Assembly: GCA_036170655.1 (NCBI GenBank)
Contig: JAVHPP010000035.1
Location: 1-17,682, forward strand
DNA from: Candidatus Zixiibacteriota bacterium
GTDB taxonomy: Bacteria > Zixibacteria > MSB-5A5 > WJJR01
Direction: 5' to 3'
Length of the DNA: 17,682 bases
Part shown: positions 15,005-17,682 of the stretch, one piece after another
Numbering within the stretch: position 1 is the first letter of the stretch
Layout: each line of letters opens with the position of its first letter
Notes under the pieces: model-generated
Told to the model about the DNA's origin: nothing
Seen by the model: the letters and a program-made list of their open reading frames with translations, nothing else
The model's database searches: none
Position numbers and translations under genes: made by a program

Positions 15005-15994
15005 ATGAGCCAGACAATCGACTGTCTCGATGCCTTTGGACGCCGTCCGCGGTATCTGCGGTTGTCGGTAACGGGGCGTTGCAACCTCCGTTGTCTATAC
15101 TGCGCGCCGGAAACCGATGAACCGGGGCGCGCCACTGCAGACACCTTGTCCGATGCCGAGATACTCCGTCTGGTGCGATTGTTCTCCCACATGGGCGTGC
15201 GCAAGGTGAGGTTTACGGGCGGCGAGCCGCTCCTGCGATCGGGATTGCCTGACTTGATGAAGGCGGTGCGAACAATTGAGGGCATCGAGGAAATCGCCCT
15301 TTCCACCAATGCGTATCTTCTTGAGCAGCACCTCGATCGTCTGGCCGGTGCGGGATTGACAAACGTGAACATCAGTTGCGATACACTGCGTGGGGAGCGT
15401 TTCGTCCGGATCACGCGGCGTCGCGGTCTGGACCGTGTCGAGCGGGCCATCGCAGCGGCGTTGGCGCACCCTGCAATTCGCCGCGTGAAGATCAACATGG
15501 TGGTGATGCGCGGGATCAACGATGACGAAATCCCCGCTTTCGTCGGGCTCTGCGCCAATTCCAAGATCGACGTGCGTTTCATCGAATTCATGCCGACCGC
15601 CGAAGTCATCTACTCGCATGACCTGCTGGTCCCCGAGGCAGAGATCCGTGAGCAAATCGGATGCAGGCTCATCCCGGCGGACGGCGAAGATCCGTCGTCG
15701 CCGGCCCGGATGTGGATTCACCCCGACCTGCCGGGACGGATCGGCTTCGTTTCGACCATGACGCACAAGTTCTGCTCGATGTGTAACCGTGTGCGGGTGA
15801 CGGCCGATGGCCGGGTGGCGCGCTGTCTGTTTGCCGAGACTCTGTTCGACTTGCGCAGTTTGCTGCAGTCTGGCGCCCGAGACGAGGATATCTTGCCAGA
15901 GCTGACGGCCTACTGGTCAGGAAGACCGGCCGGCCACCGGCTCGACGACCCCAGCTTCCTGGGCCGCCCGACGATGATCGCGGTGGGTGGGTGA
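15005..15994 (+). CDS. moaA: GTP 3',8-cyclase MoaA (radical SAM, molybdenum cofactor biosynthesis)
   Basis: YLRLSVTGRCNLRCLYC (CxxxCxxC), KVRFTGGEPLLR, RFIEFMP, C-terminal cluster FCSMCNRVRVTADG...CLF and terminal GG (MIAVGG). Confidence 0.96.
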   Translation: MSQTIDCLDAFGRRPRYLRLSVTGRCNLRCLYCAPETDEPGRATADTLSDAEILRLVRLFSHMGVRKVRFTGGEPLLRSGLPDLMKAVRTIEGIEEIALSTNAYLLEQHLDRLAGAGLTNVNISCDTLRGERFVRITRRRGLDRVERAIAAALAHPAIRRVKINMVVMRGINDDEIPAFVGLCANSKIDVRFIEFMPTAEVIYSHDLLVPEAEIREQIGCRLIPADGEDPSSPARMWIHPDLPGRIGFVSTMTHKFCSMCNRVRVTADGRVARCLFAETLFDLRSLLQSGARDEDILPELTAYWSGRPAGHRLDDPSFLGRPTMIAVGG

Positions 15995-16010
15995 GGTAAT
16001 AGGTCCCCAA

Positions 16011-17282
16011 TCATCGGGCAGGCGGCCGGACACCGGGCACAGAGCTCAGCAAGCCCCGCAGCAAAGAATGCCGCTCATAGAGCCAGTACCAAGATAGACC
16101 AAACAGCCAGATATACACCGGCAGGAGGAAGCGGCTTTCCGCGTAGAACGGGAGAAGCGCCGTTATCGTGTAGAGAGCATATCCAAGCGTGGCGCCCGCG
16201 GCTCCTGGTGACTTGTTGCGCAAAATCCGCCAGCCAGTGAATGCACACACGAGAAACACCCATTGGATCACCACTCCCAGAGCGAAGAGCCAGGGTCTGT
16301 CGAAATACGCTTCTTTCGTCCCCGGAAGGTAGCTCCATACGAACACGGTCTTCATGGAACATCGGAGCACAAACCCCAGAGGGTCCCGCCGAATATTGGC
16401 CAGCCCTCGCTCCAAGTAGCGCTTATTCGCTTCGACGTCCAGTTCCAGATCAGATCCAATAATCTCCCGATGAATCGCCATGGTATGCGAATACCCCGCG
16501 GAGTGAAGCAGCACCGGCCAGAACACATCAGGATCAGTCATGTAGTAAAAAGACCCGATATGCGCTGCGACCGGCACAAAACGACCGAACTCCAGGGCAT
16601 TGCGAATCGTCCACGGCAAGAGTGGCAGCCAGCTCACAACGACCAGCAAGGCTGCCCGCTTCCATTTGAAGTGACCGCGCCACAGGCAGTACACGGCAAG
16701 GAAGACCGAAGCGAAGACGTTCACCGGCCTAACGTAAGCCGATAAGCCGAAGCCGAGACCGGCGAAGACGAGGTTCCACCTACTCCCACGAGCAACGCCT
16801 CGCGAAAGCAGGAGCACACTCGCCGCCGTCAGGGCCATGAATAGTGATTCGGACTTCACGTCCATTGCCAAGGTGTGCAGGCGCCAAAGTGCAGTCAGCG
16901 CGACTAGCAGCCCTAGTGCCCATCTCCGTTGCATATGTGGTGCGAAGACCTCATACACGCACCAGTAGGCCGCGAACAGAAGAAGAAGTTGGAGAGGGTA
17001 TAGGACGGCAAGCCCTCCGGTCATCCAAAGGATTGCTGCGAGGAAGAGGGGGTACCCAGGCGCCCGACCGCAGGAGGGGTTAACTCCATCAAACGTGAAC
17101 TGCCCTGTGCTCAGCAGATTCTTCGCGTAGACAAGGTACTGCACTCCGTCGTATCCAACTTCTGGAGAGTGCGCGAGGTAGAAGATCGTCAGCAGAAGGA
17201 GGCACAACCCGAATGCGATCACGCGGTCCGGTCGGGCACCCGCGATTTCCGTCATCGGCTTGCTCACCCGAGCCTCCACCAC
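16011..17282 (-). CDS. Polytopic membrane glycosyltransferase (GT-C fold; ArnT/PMT GT39/GT83-like)
   Basis: Many TM helices. First loop GYDGVQYLVYAKNLL...GRAPGYPLFLA, then SESLF, AYVRP, PWTIRN and ESRFLLP. Start may be GTG 17282 or ATG 17255. Confidence 0.8.
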   Translation of the reverse strand: MVEARVSKPMTEIAGARPDRVIAFGLCLLLLTIFYLAHSPEVGYDGVQYLVYAKNLLSTGQFTFDGVNPSCGRAPGYPLFLAAILWMTGGLAVLYPLQLLLLFAAYWCVYEVFAPHMQRRWALGLLVALTALWRLHTLAMDVKSESLFMALTAASVLLLSRGVARGSRWNLVFAGLGFGLSAYVRPVNVFASVFLAVYCLWRGHFKWKRAALLVVVSWLPLLPWTIRNALEFGRFVPVAAHIGSFYYMTDPDVFWPVLLHSAGYSHTMAIHREIIGSDLELDVEANKRYLERGLANIRRDPLGFVLRCSMKTVFVWSYLPGTKEAYFDRPWLFALGVVIQWVFLVCAFTGWRILRNKSPGAAGATLGYALYTITALLPFYAESRFLLPVYIWLFGLSWYWLYERHSLLRGLLSSVPGVRPPAR

Positions 17283-17284
17283 AG

Positions 17285-17682
17285 TTACCCGACAGGGGAG
17301 GTGCGGGATAGATGGTCCCGAATGACAAAGAGAAACGCGAAGAAAGTGACCGCGGTCATGCCTGATATGGAGTAAAAGAGGTGCCCCTCATATAAGTAGC
17401 GGGTCGCAATCACGAAAACGACGCTCCAGATTCCCACCCGCCACATAGCCTGTGTCTCATCCAATGTCTCCGAAATAATACCTCGCCCCAACCGAAGCGC
17501 GGCCCAGAGAAGCAGCAGGAGGAAGACTGAACCGACGATTCCCGTCTCGGCCAGGTAACCGAGCACCGAATTGTGGAATCCGAGCCCCTTGGTGTGAAGA
17601 TACCATGAACTAAATCGCATCCCCGGCAGGATTTCGCCGAAAACATGTTCCTGGGAAAGACCCACACCAAAGAAGGGATGCT
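17285..17682 (-). CDS. O-antigen ligase/polymerase (Wzy_C/WaaL-like) family protein, C-terminal part (runs off window)
   Basis: Frame is open to the window edge. HPFFGVG...GFHNSVLGYLAETGIVG signature followed by TM helices. Confidence 0.82.
   Translation of the reverse strand, partial: HPFFGVGLSQEHVFGEILPGMRFSSWYLHTKGLGFHNSVLGYLAETGIVGSVFLLLLLWAALRLGRGIISETLDETQAMWRVGIWSVVFVIATRYLYEGHLFYSISGMTAVTFFAFLFVIRDHLSRTSPVG

Noticed and set aside
12815..15766. Long minus-strand ORFs (12815-13516, 13766-14743, 14740-15609, 15095-15766)
   Set aside because: Shadows of the well-supported pcrA and moaA genes.

Overview
GC-rich bacterial chromosomal window. Left to right it holds: (1) a three-gene signalling operon with an output-less TM-HAMP-3xPAS sensor, a REC-HDOD protein and a REC-degenerate HD-GYP protein; (2) a BCP/PrxQ peroxiredoxin with a long histone-H1-like Lys/Ala-rich N-terminus; (3) an ECF sigma factor and a membrane anti-sigma with two zinc fingers, convergent with an apparently exported TPR-CHAT (caspase-like) protease; (4) a small eroded gene ending in a 'TKKMVLxK' sorting-type tail; (5) tRNA-Ser(GGA); (6) a degenerate GT4 glycosyltransferase; (7) pcrA/uvrD; (8) moaA behind a Moco-riboswitch-like leader with an intrinsic terminator; (9) two envelope glycosylation genes (GT-C/ArnT-like and a partial O-antigen-ligase-like gene). 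The best-supported unusual feature is a 140-bp MITE with about 17-bp terminal inverted repeats, 4-bp target duplications in a GC-NTCA-GC context and an internal REP doublet. One copy sits in-frame (+48 aa) inside the glycosyltransferase; a 1.75-copy composite sits inside a different REP-like element. The most interesting system-level hypothesis is a CRISPR-independent CHAT protease/anti-sigma/ECF sigma proteolytic relay. All calls are from motif reading by eye; no database searches were run.
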